Source: Gammaproteobacteria bacterium RIFCSPLOWO2_12_47_11 | Lineage (GTDB): Bacteria; Pseudomonadota; Gammaproteobacteria; Eutrophobiales; Eutrophobiaceae | NCBI GenBank assembly: GCA_001801885.1 | Contig: MGYU01000006.1 | Span: 1-52,464 of the forward strand | Reading direction: 5' to 3' | Length of the DNA stretch: 52,464 nucleotides | Shown: positions 18,862-28,159 of the stretch, piece by piece | Position numbering within the stretch: the first letter of the stretch is position 1 | Layout: every line of letters starts with the position of its first letter | Made by a program: the position numbers and the translations under genes | The notes under the pieces: generated by a model | Seen by the model: only the letters and a program-made list of their open reading frames with translations | Told to the model about the DNA's origin: nothing | Databases searched by the model: none

Positions 18862-20049
18862 ATGCAAAATTCAAAACTCCTGTCTGAAGGTCGTATGCAA
18901 GCAGTACAAACACCGATCATTCCTGTAATTGCCGAACTGATTGCACAAACACCAGGGACCATCTCGCTGGGGCAGGGCGTCGTCTATTATGGTCCGCCCC
19001 GGGCCGCTTTTGACCGTCTTTCCATTCTCAATTCAGCCAACGGCATGCACAAATACGGAGACACCAGTGGCTTGCTGGAACTCAGAGAAATCATTGCCGG
19101 AAAGCTGTTAAAAGAAAACAGGATTAATATTGATAATGGCAGCAAGGTCATTGTAACTGCCGGTTCCAACATGGCCTTTCTCAATGCCCTGTTTGCCATA
19201 ACCAATCCTGGGGACGAAATTATCCTGCCAGTACCCTATTACTTTAACCATGAAATGGCCATCAGGATGCTGAACTGCAAACCTGTGCTGGTTACTACAG
19301 ATGAGCATTATCAATTGCGCCTGGATGAAATACGTAAAGCTATCAATGCAAAGACCCGTGCCATTGTAACCATATCCCCGAATAATCCGAGCGGTGCAGT
19401 TTATCCGGAATCCAGCCTGATTGAGATCAATACTGTCTGTCACGAGCTTGGTATTTACCACATCAGTGATGAGGCCTATGAGTACTTTACTTATAATGGT
19501 GCCCGGCATTTTTCACCCGGCAGTATCAACGGCGCCAGCAGGCACACTATCTCATTATTCTCTTTATCAAAGGCCTACGGGTTTGCCAGTTGGCGTATCG
19601 GTTATATGGTCATCCCGGACCATCTCACCAACGCTGTTTCCAAGGCCCAGGACACCAATCTTATTTGCCCTGCCCTGCCATCCCAATATGCGGCAATAGG
19701 CGCGATGAAAGCAGGGATAGAATATAGCAGGGAAAAATTAAAAATTATTGAAGAAGTTCGTAATATAATGCTCCGGCAAATGGAAAAAATCAGCGGCCTT
19801 TGCAGGATTTCCATGAGTGATGGTGCATTTTACTTCCTGTTAAAAGTAGATACCGGCATGGATGACATGACCCTGGTCGAACGGCTGATTAAAAAACATC
19901 AGGTTGCCGTGATACCCGGCCATACCTTTGGACTGAAGGATGGCTGTTATTTACGGGTGTCCTATGGAGCACTCGATATAAATAATGCCGCAGAGGGAAT
20001 CCAGCGACTCACAAATGGTCTCAGCACTATTACCCGGCAGGTTAGGTAA
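18862..20049 (+). CDS. PLP-dependent aminotransferase class I/II
   Basis: ISLGQG, ISPNNPSGAVY, SDEAYE, SLSKAYGFASWRIG, YLRVSYG. Confidence 0.92.
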   Translation: MQNSKLLSEGRMQAVQTPIIPVIAELIAQTPGTISLGQGVVYYGPPRAAFDRLSILNSANGMHKYGDTSGLLELREIIAGKLLKENRINIDNGSKVIVTAGSNMAFLNALFAITNPGDEIILPVPYYFNHEMAIRMLNCKPVLVTTDEHYQLRLDEIRKAINAKTRAIVTISPNNPSGAVYPESSLIEINTVCHELGIYHISDEAYEYFTYNGARHFSPGSINGASRHTISLFSLSKAYGFASWRIGYMVIPDHLTNAVSKAQDTNLICPALPSQYAAIGAMKAGIEYSREKLKIIEEVRNIMLRQMEKISGLCRISMSDGAFYFLLKVDTGMDDMTLVERLIKKHQVAVIPGHTFGLKDGCYLRVSYGALDINNAAEGIQRLTNGLSTITRQVR

Positions 20050-20086
20050 TCATAAATAGAACATTAATGATCGAGGAGTTCCAGAG

Positions 20087-20455
20087 ATGAGATTTTACAG
20101 CATGATATTTTTATTAATTTATGCATCTGCTTCAGTGGCTGCTGACAAAAAAGGCAACTATGCCATCTGGGGGGCAGGTAATTCACCCTGTCATGGCTAT
20201 AATCTGGCCCGCGCAGCAAATGAAGACAATAAATTCAGGGATTATATTATGGGGTATTTCACGGCCTATAATCACGAGGCGGCTGATACCTACAGTATTT
20301 CAAGGGACATGAACCTGAATGAGATTCTGAACTGGGTCGATGAACAATGTGAATTGAAACCGATTACCAGTATTGAAGAGGTATTGACTAACTTCATCAT
20401 TGAAAATTATGAGAATCGCATGAAATCAGCGCCCGGGAGCAGGGTTGGCCGCTGA
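20087..20455 (+). CDS. Small secreted hypothetical protein with two Cys (possible HdeA/Rap1a-like helical fold)
   Basis: SD GAGGAG; signal peptide ending ASVA; G-A-G-x-x-x-C...Y-I-M-G-Y-F-T-A-Y-N...W-V-D-x-x-C-x-x-x-P pattern. Confidence 0.6.
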   Translation: MRFYSMIFLLIYASASVAADKKGNYAIWGAGNSPCHGYNLARAANEDNKFRDYIMGYFTAYNHEAADTYSISRDMNLNEILNWVDEQCELKPITSIEEVLTNFIIENYENRMKSAPGSRVGR

Positions 20456-20503
20456 ATTACTATGGAATACCATTGAACCAGTATAACTGATAGTTACACT
20501 CCA

Positions 20504-21277
20504 ATGCTGGGGGCCATTGCCGGAGACATTATCGGTTCTGTCTATGAACGAAATCCTGTAAAAACCAGGGATTTTGAACTCTTTTCTTCAGACAGTAATT
20601 TCACTGATGATACTGTCCTGTCAGTCGCCGTAGCCGAGGTGTTGCTCTCGGATACAGATTATGAAAACGCATACCGGGAGTTTTACCGGCAATATCCAAA
20701 TCAGGGTTATGGCTATGGTTTCAGGCGCTGGGTCATGGTAGAGACAAATAGTCCCTATAACAGTTACGGTAATGGCTCAGCCATGCGGGTAAGCCCTGTT
20801 GGCTGGGCCTTTGACTCCCTGCCCGAAGTCCTGTACGAAGCAAAGAAAAGCGCCATCGTCACGCATAATCACGTTGAAGGTATCAAAGGTGCTCAAGCCG
20901 TGGCAGCAGCCATCTTTCTGGCAAGAACCGGACATTCCAAAGCAGCTATAAAGGGCTATCTGAGCGACACCTTTCAATATGATCTGGACAGATCGCTGAA
21001 CGAAATCCGGCCGGATTATTCATTCGATGTCAGTTGTCAGGGCTCGGTACCGGAATCGATCATCGCCTTCCTGGAATCAGACAATTACGAAGATTCCGTG
21101 CGCAATGCCATTGCGCTGGGAGGTGACAGCGATACTATGGCCTGTATCGCCGGTGCTATTGCCGAGGCATATTATAAATACATAGACCCGGAGATAATTG
21201 CTGCGATATTCGACCGGTTACCTGGACATTTAGCAACCATAGTCAAACAATTTACCGGAAAATATTGCCGATACTGA
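20504..21277 (+). CDS. ADP-ribosylglycohydrolase family protein (DraG/ARH-like)
   Basis: MLGAIAGDIIGS, FTDDT, SYGNGSAMRVSP, VTHNH, GGDSDT. Confidence 0.92.
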   Translation: MLGAIAGDIIGSVYERNPVKTRDFELFSSDSNFTDDTVLSVAVAEVLLSDTDYENAYREFYRQYPNQGYGYGFRRWVMVETNSPYNSYGNGSAMRVSPVGWAFDSLPEVLYEAKKSAIVTHNHVEGIKGAQAVAAAIFLARTGHSKAAIKGYLSDTFQYDLDRSLNEIRPDYSFDVSCQGSVPESIIAFLESDNYEDSVRNAIALGGDSDTMACIAGAIAEAYYKYIDPEIIAAIFDRLPGHLATIVKQFTGKYCRY

Positions 21278-21448
21278 GCCCATATACATTATAAAAAGCT
21301 TGTAAATTCGACCTATATTTCACAAAATTAATCACAATTTTTCACCAAATTAATTGATAATCCGGCTAAAATCGGTCATTATTCCATAGACATTAGAACT
21401 GGGGAAAACCTCAGCCATAGGTTAAAGGTTTAACGGGAGAAAATAGAT

Positions 21449-21727
21449 ATGCAAAAACTCATTAAAATTTCAGTACTGGCTCTTTCCATGGGACTGGTTG
21501 GTGGTTGCGCTGACATGACACAGATTGATGCGGCCAAAGCCGCTGCAGATGCGGCCATGGCCAGAGCCAATGATGCCTACAATTTGGCACAAAATGCTCA
21601 TACCGTGGCTTCAGAAGCTTCTTATGCTGCTGACAAGGCAAGCAAAGATGCCCAGGCTGCCCTGGCTTGCTGCAATGAAAATTCCAGCAGACTGGATCGC
21701 ATGTTTGAAAAGGCAATGATGAAGTAA
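21449..21727 (+). CDS. Lpp/OprI-type alanine-zipper lipoprotein with C-terminal Lys
   Basis: Lipobox LVGG|C, Ala-rich heptads, ends RLDRMFEKAMMK; SD GGGAG. Confidence 0.85.
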   Translation: MQKLIKISVLALSMGLVGGCADMTQIDAAKAAADAAMARANDAYNLAQNAHTVASEASYAADKASKDAQAALACCNENSSRLDRMFEKAMMK

Positions 21728-21749
21728 CAAATCAAGAACTGCAGTAACC

Positions 21750-21780
21750 AAAAACCCCGAAATTATTTTCGGGGTTTTTT
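21750..21780. terminator. Bidirectional intrinsic terminator
   Basis: AAAAACCCCGAAA-TTAT-TTTCGGGGTTTTTT between the convergent lipoprotein and LDT genes. Confidence 0.9.
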
Positions 21781-21803
21781 ATTTGGGTAGCCTCGATTTG
21801 TTG

Positions 21804-22877
21804 TTACTGTCCAATCTCTGTATCCAGTTTTAATTCAACCTTGATCATCTTACCGGGCTCAGGGTTTAATTTTTGTTCAGTGATTATCTTTTCAACCGAT
21901 GCCTGTTTTATTTCAGGTAAATGCAACCCGATCGGGACAGGTATGCCCTTCGAATCAGCTACGATTTCCTTGACAAGTTCCCAATCAATTTCATAACGAT
22001 TCTGCTCGGTTGACTCAATAATGTATTTAACAACCTCGGTAAGACTATTTTGTGAAAAATGTTCGCCATCCTCATCAAGATACGGATGAACTTCAAGATA
22101 GATGATGCCATCCAGCTCGCCAATCTTGTAAGGCTGATTAATGATATTCACCGGCGTACCAATCTTGACCCTGTTGAACAGGTCTTCTATATGTTCCGGA
22201 TACAGGCGGATACAACCGTGGCTTACGCGCATGCCTACGCCATAAGGTTTATTGGTGCCATGTATTAGATAATCACCCAGACCGAGCCGCATGGCATAAG
22301 CACCAAGGGGATTATCAGGTCCGGCTGGTACTACGGCCGGTAATATATCACCTTTTTCTGCATGTTCTATGCGGATAGATTCCGGCGGGGTCCAGGTGGG
22401 ATCCTTTTTCTTTTCTATAATATTCGTTCTGGTATACGGAGTTGACCAGCCCTCACGGCCAACACCTAGCGGATAAGTGATAACCTGTTTATCTTCTCCG
22501 TCCTTGCTCTCCGGAAAATAATAAAGCCGCATTTCCGGAATATTCAAAACAATACCCGTTTTCGGTGCATTCGGTAAAACAAATTTCTCGGGCAATAATA
22601 TCTCTTTTCCCGTTCCGGGGAGCCATGTATCAACATCAGGATTGAGCAATTTCATATCCTGATAACCGAAACCGTTTCTGCGCCCGATATCCAGCAATGT
22701 ATCATTGAGTCCGGCAATTTCAGTACGCAACTCGCCAATAACAGTGTCACTGCCCTTGAGATAATAAATAACGGCCGCCATTGCATTGGCAGATACTGCA
22801 AGATTTATGGCAATGAACCCGATTATGGCTGATTGCCGTATAGTATTTTTTTTCCGATTAAACATAACTTGTTTCAA
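21804..22877 (-). CDS. L,D-transpeptidase, ErfK/YbiS/YcfS/YnhG family
   Basis: Signal peptide, LysM-like segment, GIVLNIPEMRLYYFP, VPAGPDNPLG, IHGTN...VSHGCIRL. Confidence 0.93.
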   Translation of the reverse strand: MKQVMFNRKKNTIRQSAIIGFIAINLAVSANAMAAVIYYLKGSDTVIGELRTEIAGLNDTLLDIGRRNGFGYQDMKLLNPDVDTWLPGTGKEILLPEKFVLPNAPKTGIVLNIPEMRLYYFPESKDGEDKQVITYPLGVGREGWSTPYTRTNIIEKKKDPTWTPPESIRIEHAEKGDILPAVVPAGPDNPLGAYAMRLGLGDYLIHGTNKPYGVGMRVSHGCIRLYPEHIEDLFNRVKIGTPVNIINQPYKIGELDGIIYLEVHPYLDEDGEHFSQNSLTEVVKYIIESTEQNRYEIDWELVKEIVADSKGIPVPIGLHLPEIKQASVEKIITEQKLNPEPGKMIKVELKLDTEIGQ

Positions 22878-23044
22878 AATTAAGCTTCAAAAATTACTGG
22901 TAACAAAAATATAATCCAACAACCTGCAATTATGACACAATTACGCAAAAAAATAACAGGATGCATATCCAGACCTTAACAAAGCTTGTGCTTGCCGGTT
23001 TCCGGCGATACTGTGTAACCGCAACCCGCACCTGACCCTGTACA

Positions 23045-24079
23045 TTGAATAATAATAAGGCCCGAATAACCTACATGATACTCAGATTCCTTTTACCCAT
23101 TCTGGTTCCATTAACGTGGCTTCTAATAACCTTTCCGTCAGTCTCCATCGCCGAATCAATAGCTGAAATTGAGCAATTCGATTCCACATACTCCAACGAG
23201 GCCAGCCTCTATGAATTTAATCTTCTGGCGATAGCAGTCTTGTCCAACCTGACCATTGACGGGTTCAAGGTTTCGGAATTGTCCGGACTGGCATGGGATG
23301 AAGATGAAAATCTGCTGTATGCCCTCTCTGATAATGGCTATCTACTGCACTTACGGCCGCTCTTTGATGACAATAAAATGACAGATGTCCTGTTCCTCAA
23401 GGGTTATTCTTTACGTGACAAGAACAAACGTGCACTGAGATACAAGGAGTCCGATAGCGAAGGACTCGTTGTCAAACATGGCAATAACGGCATTCAGGGT
23501 GACAGCCGTTTGATAATCTGTTTCGAGCGCATCCCCAGATTGGTGGAGTACAATACTGATGGCGCCATGCTAGCCGGGATCCCGTTGCCTGCTGAATTGT
23601 CCGATATCCGGAATTATCAGGGTGAAAACAAATCTTTGGAGGCCGTCACCATTCATGGCAAATTTGGAATAATCACCGGCCCTGAACACCCCTTGATTTC
23701 ACAACCAGCCAATAATGCCCTGGATATATATTCACTCGACGGCAGGCACTGGAATTTCCCCGTGCATAATGAACATTACGGTGCCCTGGCCGGTATGACC
23801 ACCATGCCTGACGACGGTATGCTCGCCCTGGAAAGGGCTTACGGTGGCATATTCCCGGCGACGGAAATTACCTTGCACCGTATTTTGCTGGGTGAGGACA
23901 AATCTGAAATCAACACAATTTATACTTTCGACACTGATGCCGGCATACTGAATGAAAACTTTGAGGACATTACACGATTCAGAGGAGATACTTACTTCAT
24001 GGTGAATGATGACAACAATCACCCTTTGAAACGAACCACACTGGTATATTTCTCCATTAACAAAAAACAGGCAAAATAA
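23045..24079 (+). CDS. Esterase-like activity of phytase family (beta-propeller) exported protein; start may be ATG 23075
   Basis: ELSGLAWD, LYALSD.G, DSEGL, N.SLEAV, LALER, NFEDI, MVNDDN. Confidence 0.75.
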   Translation: MNNNKARITYMILRFLLPILVPLTWLLITFPSVSIAESIAEIEQFDSTYSNEASLYEFNLLAIAVLSNLTIDGFKVSELSGLAWDEDENLLYALSDNGYLLHLRPLFDDNKMTDVLFLKGYSLRDKNKRALRYKESDSEGLVVKHGNNGIQGDSRLIICFERIPRLVEYNTDGAMLAGIPLPAELSDIRNYQGENKSLEAVTIHGKFGIITGPEHPLISQPANNALDIYSLDGRHWNFPVHNEHYGALAGMTTMPDDGMLALERAYGGIFPATEITLHRILLGEDKSEINTIYTFDTDAGILNENFEDITRFRGDTYFMVNDDNNHPLKRTTLVYFSINKKQAK

Positions 24080-24135
24080 CAATAATAAATCTTCTCAAAA
24101 ATTCGCTGGCCGTATATATTTTTGATAAGGTTTAA

Positions 24136-24651
24136 TTATTTTTCGAGCAACCTCGGCATTAACTCCACCAGGTTACAGGGCCGTGTCCGGTAATCCAGCT
24201 GAAAGCTGATAATTTTATCCCAGGCTGTAGCACAGGCATTCATTGAACCCGGCAGGCAGAAAACAAATGTGCCGTTTATTACGCCAGCAATAGCCCGTGA
24301 CTGTATGGTGGAGGTATTGATTTGTTCGTAGGAAATAATGCGGAAAGTCTCACCAAAGCCCGTAATCTCTTTATCCAGTAATGCACTCACCGCTTCCGGT
24401 GTACCGTCTCTGCCGGTAATACCGGTCCCGCCCGTTGTGATGATCGCCTGAATAGTGTCATCTATACACCAGTTCGAGACTGTCGCCCGGATCCGGTAAA
24501 CATCATCCGGAACAATTTTTTTCTCACGCAACAGATGACCGGCTTCTTTAATACGTGCAACTAACAGCTGGCCAGATTTATCATCCTGTTCCTTACGCGT
24601 ATCAGAAACCGTCAATACGGCAATCCCGATGGGCATAAATTCTCTCTGCAT
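24136..24651 (-). CDS. moaB: Molybdenum cofactor biosynthesis protein MoaB
   Basis: AVLTVSDTR..DDKSG, TTGGTG..GRD.TPEA, STIQSRA, LPGS, RPCNL. Confidence 0.95.
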   Translation of the reverse strand: MQREFMPIGIAVLTVSDTRKEQDDKSGQLLVARIKEAGHLLREKKIVPDDVYRIRATVSNWCIDDTIQAIITTGGTGITGRDGTPEAVSALLDKEITGFGETFRIISYEQINTSTIQSRAIAGVINGTFVFCLPGSMNACATAWDKIISFQLDYRTRPCNLVELMPRLLEK

Positions 24652-24721
24652 AGTCCCGGCCCGCCCCTGTTTTCAAGTAATATACTGACAGTACTATACA
24701 ATATTCTGATCGAGTATACCT

Positions 24722-25138
24722 ATGAAGTCTGAACAGAATCACAATGAAATCTCCACCATGCGCCTGGATAAATGGTTATGGTGCGCACGTTTCTACAAGA
24801 CACGTGGCCTGGCTGCCGATGCCATCAAAGGCGGCAGGATACTGGTCAATGAAGAAAAGCCAAAACCCTCCAAAACCATACAGGCAGGCACCCGGCTCAA
24901 AATACGGCGTACACCCTATCAGTTTGATATCACAATAGTGTTACTTGCCAAATCAAGAAAATCAACCAGGGACGCTGCGCTACTTTATCAGGAATCTGAA
25001 GAGAGCATCAGAAAACGTGAAGAGATATCTGCCCGGTTGAAGCTTGATGCCATAAATAACCCACGAACGATCGGTCGCCCCACAAAACGTGACCGGCGGC
25101 ATATCATCCGTTTCAAGACGAAAGGAAACTCTGACTAA
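24722..25138 (+). CDS. hslR: Heat shock protein 15 (S4 domain, 50S recycling)
   Basis: RLDKWLWCARFYKTR, KPSK, LYQES.ES, GRPTKRDRR. Confidence 0.92.
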   Translation: MKSEQNHNEISTMRLDKWLWCARFYKTRGLAADAIKGGRILVNEEKPKPSKTIQAGTRLKIRRTPYQFDITIVLLAKSRKSTRDAALLYQESEESIRKREEISARLKLDAINNPRTIGRPTKRDRRHIIRFKTKGNSD

Positions 25139-25154
25139 CCCGTAATTTCAGGAT

Positions 25155-25769
25155 TCAATCCTGATTTTCCCTATAGGGATTGCCCCAGGTCCCTTCAAAA
25201 AAATTCATGCCCAGCGGGTTACGTGCCCGTTCGGTAATTTCACGTTCCCTCACTTCTCCATCTATTTTTTCAAGCGGTAATTGATACCCGACTGTTATCA
25301 TCGCCATCGGCATATATTGTTCGGGAACAGAAAACAGTTTTCTCGATGTATCTGCGTTAAATCCGCCCATCTGGTGCACCATCAGACCAAGCTCCGTCGC
25401 CTGTATGCATAAACTCATGGTGGCGGCACCGGTGTCATGCTGCCCCCAACGGTTGGGTTTGCCGGTTTTCGACATGATGCTGTCCGCAACAGACAATATC
25501 AGCACCGGTGCATCCTTCGCCCAGGATTGATTACCCTCGGACAGACAGGAAAATGCCTGGTCCCAGGCGGCCTGATTTTTATGTTTATTGCAGATGATAT
25601 AACGCCAGGGTTGATCGCCAAAACAGGAAGGCGCCCATCTCGCGGCTTCCAGCAGTGCAATTATATGTTTTTCCGGTACAGGCCTCGTTGAATCGTAAGC
25701 ACGCCCGCTCCAGCGTCTTGCAATCAGATCATTGACCGGGACCGAAGTTCTGGGTTTTTTATCAAACAT
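25155..25769 (-). CDS. Nitroreductase family protein
   Basis: RRWSGRAY, LLEAARWAPS..GDQPWR, HDTGAA, HQMGGF. Confidence 0.92.
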   Translation of the reverse strand: MFDKKPRTSVPVNDLIARRWSGRAYDSTRPVPEKHIIALLEAARWAPSCFGDQPWRYIICNKHKNQAAWDQAFSCLSEGNQSWAKDAPVLILSVADSIMSKTGKPNRWGQHDTGAATMSLCIQATELGLMVHQMGGFNADTSRKLFSVPEQYMPMAMITVGYQLPLEKIDGEVREREITERARNPLGMNFFEGTWGNPYRENQD

Positions 25770-25847
25770 GGATGTCCTTTATTATTTGTCATTAGGTTAC
25801 AATTGGTTATATTGTTCAATCATATCCAATAATGAAAATTAATCCCA

Positions 25848-26780
25848 ATGCCGCAGGAAGTAATCTACCAGAAAATCTTCGATAACCTGGAAAGGGTAAT
25901 CAAGGGCCAGGCCGGATCAATACGGAAACTTCTGGCTGCTTTTTTCAGTGGTGGTCATGTGTTACTCGAAGATGTTCCCGGCACCGGGAAAACCACCCTG
26001 GCCAAGGCACTGGCACGCAGCATTGCTGCCGATTACCGGCGCATACAGTTCACCCCGGATTTGTTGCCAACAGATATACTCGGAGTATCCATATTCAATC
26101 CACGCGATCAACAGTTCAGTTTTCATGAAGGCCCGGTTTTCACGAATATTTTACTCGCTGATGAAATTAACCGTGCCTCGCCTCGTACCCAATCCGCATT
26201 ACTCGAAGCCATGGCCGAATCACAGGTCAGTATAGATAATGATATACGGCCACTGGAGAAGTTGTTTTTTGTCATTGCGACACAGAACCCGATTGATTAC
26301 CACGGCACCTATCCCCTGCCTGAAGCACAAATGGACAGGTTTGCCATGCGCCTGAAACTCGGTTATGTAGCACATGAGGAAGAAGTATCTATCCTGACTG
26401 AGCAGAATTATATGCATCCTCTGGCTGCAATCACGGCATGTGTCAACAAGGAGGATGTTATCAAAATCAAGGAAAGCATATCTTCAATCCGGATCAGCGA
26501 GGAGATTAAACATTATATTGTCAGCATTATCCGTGCTACCCGTCATGCTGAAGGCGTTATCAATGGCGCGAGCCCGCGTGCATCGATATCCCTGATGAAA
26601 ACCACACAGGCCCTGGCCCTGATTGATGGCATGGAGTTTGTGACACCTGATCATGTGCAGGAAATTATTTTGCCGGTCGTGGCGCACCGCCTGATACTGG
26701 ATTCAAAGGTGCGTTTCTCCGGTAAAACGGCTGAAGATATAATTGGAAAAATACTTGAGACCATACCGGTTCCGGTATAG
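25848..26780 (+). CDS. moxR: MoxR family AAA+ ATPase
   Basis: HVLLEDVPGTGKT, RIQFTPDLLP, LADEINRA.P.TQSALLEAM, ATQNP, YPLPEAQMDRF. Confidence 0.93.
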   Translation: MPQEVIYQKIFDNLERVIKGQAGSIRKLLAAFFSGGHVLLEDVPGTGKTTLAKALARSIAADYRRIQFTPDLLPTDILGVSIFNPRDQQFSFHEGPVFTNILLADEINRASPRTQSALLEAMAESQVSIDNDIRPLEKLFFVIATQNPIDYHGTYPLPEAQMDRFAMRLKLGYVAHEEEVSILTEQNYMHPLAAITACVNKEDVIKIKESISSIRISEEIKHYIVSIIRATRHAEGVINGASPRASISLMKTTQALALIDGMEFVTPDHVQEIILPVVAHRLILDSKVRFSGKTAEDIIGKILETIPVPV

Positions 26781-26791
26781 TTAGTGTTTAT

Positions 26792-28159
26792 GTGATCAAA
26801 AAACTCCTCTTTCATAATTTTTTAATCGTATACCGCGCCAGCCAATGGATACGCCGGCACTTTACTCATACGGGCATGTTGATACTGGCAGGCCTTGTTG
26901 TTTCAGCCATATTTGGCCTTAATATCAGACAAACCCTCTCCTACCAGATTTTTACATTGCTCCTGGGCATATTGCTGATGTCATGCATTTCCGTCCTGGT
27001 TTTCAGAGGTAAATTCAGGTTCAAACGTGTATTGCCGGAATATGGCACGGTTGGTCAAAAACTGGAATACCGGATCCTGTTGGAAAATTTGTCACCAAAA
27101 GAATTCAATAATCTGACGTTACTGGATGAACTTGCAACGGATCTTCCCTCATTTGAACATTTCCTCAAGGCCAGGGACATTCAGGACAAACGTCGGAATT
27201 TCTTCGATCGGATAGTGGGCTATCCACGCCTGGTATCACTGATCCGGAAAACCCGTGGTGGACTGATACAACCCGGGAAATTGGAAACGATTTCCGGGAA
27301 AGACAAGATTCAGCAAAGAATTACATTAATACCGGTGCGGCGGGGTTATCTGAGATTTGCCACAACGGCTATCGGCAAATGCGATCCTTTCGGTTTGTTT
27401 CGCCGCTTCAAAAAATATAATCATCAGGACTCCCTGCTGGTATTGCCACGGCTGTATGAATTTCCACCAATCAATCTGGCTGGTAGAAGAAAATATCAGC
27501 ATGGCGGAGTCAATCTTGCATCTTCCGTCGGAGATTCTGAAGAATTTATTTCACTGCGTGATTACCGGCCAGGTGATCCAATGCGGTCTATTCATTGGCG
27601 CAGCTATGCAAAAAAAGGTGCACCGGTCGTCAGGGAATACCAGGATGAATATTTCTCCAGACTGGGTCTGGTGCTGGATACATTTGCAGGGGGTTATACG
27701 GAAATCGTATTTGAAGAAGCCGTCTCCGTAGCTGCGTCCATAGCGGTATCCAGCCTGCAACAGGACAGCCTGCTGGACCTGATGTTTATTAATAACCAGG
27801 TGTACCGGTTCACTGCAGGGCGGGGACTCGCAGGTGTCAATAACATGCTGGAAATTCTGGCCTGTGTTGAGTCTGCACGGGAAGAAAATATCAACGAACT
27901 TGAAACACTGTTGCTGCAACATATGAATGATAGCAGTGGATTTATTTGTATATTACTGGCCTGGGATAAAAAGCGGCAAAACATGATAGAACGGCTCAGG
28001 TCTGCAGGCATACCTTTGATGGTTTATGTGATCAGCATGAGTGCTGATAGTGACGGTTTCAGTAATATGACATTACCGGACCATCCTGAATACTTTCAGG
28101 TATTACAGGCCGGTGACATCGAACATTCCCTGCAAGAAACACACGGGCGGAATCGATGA
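26792..28159 (+). CDS. DUF58 domain membrane protein
   Basis: Two N-terminal TM segments, RRG, DPFGL, EFISLRDYRPGD..R.IHW..YA, FEEAVSVAAS. Confidence 0.88.
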   Translation: MIKKLLFHNFLIVYRASQWIRRHFTHTGMLILAGLVVSAIFGLNIRQTLSYQIFTLLLGILLMSCISVLVFRGKFRFKRVLPEYGTVGQKLEYRILLENLSPKEFNNLTLLDELATDLPSFEHFLKARDIQDKRRNFFDRIVGYPRLVSLIRKTRGGLIQPGKLETISGKDKIQQRITLIPVRRGYLRFATTAIGKCDPFGLFRRFKKYNHQDSLLVLPRLYEFPPINLAGRRKYQHGGVNLASSVGDSEEFISLRDYRPGDPMRSIHWRSYAKKGAPVVREYQDEYFSRLGLVLDTFAGGYTEIVFEEAVSVAASIAVSSLQQDSLLDLMFINNQVYRFTAGRGLAGVNNMLEILACVESAREENINELETLLLQHMNDSSGFICILLAWDKKRQNMIERLRSAGIPLMVYVISMSADSDGFSNMTLPDHPEYFQVLQAGDIEHSLQETHGRNR

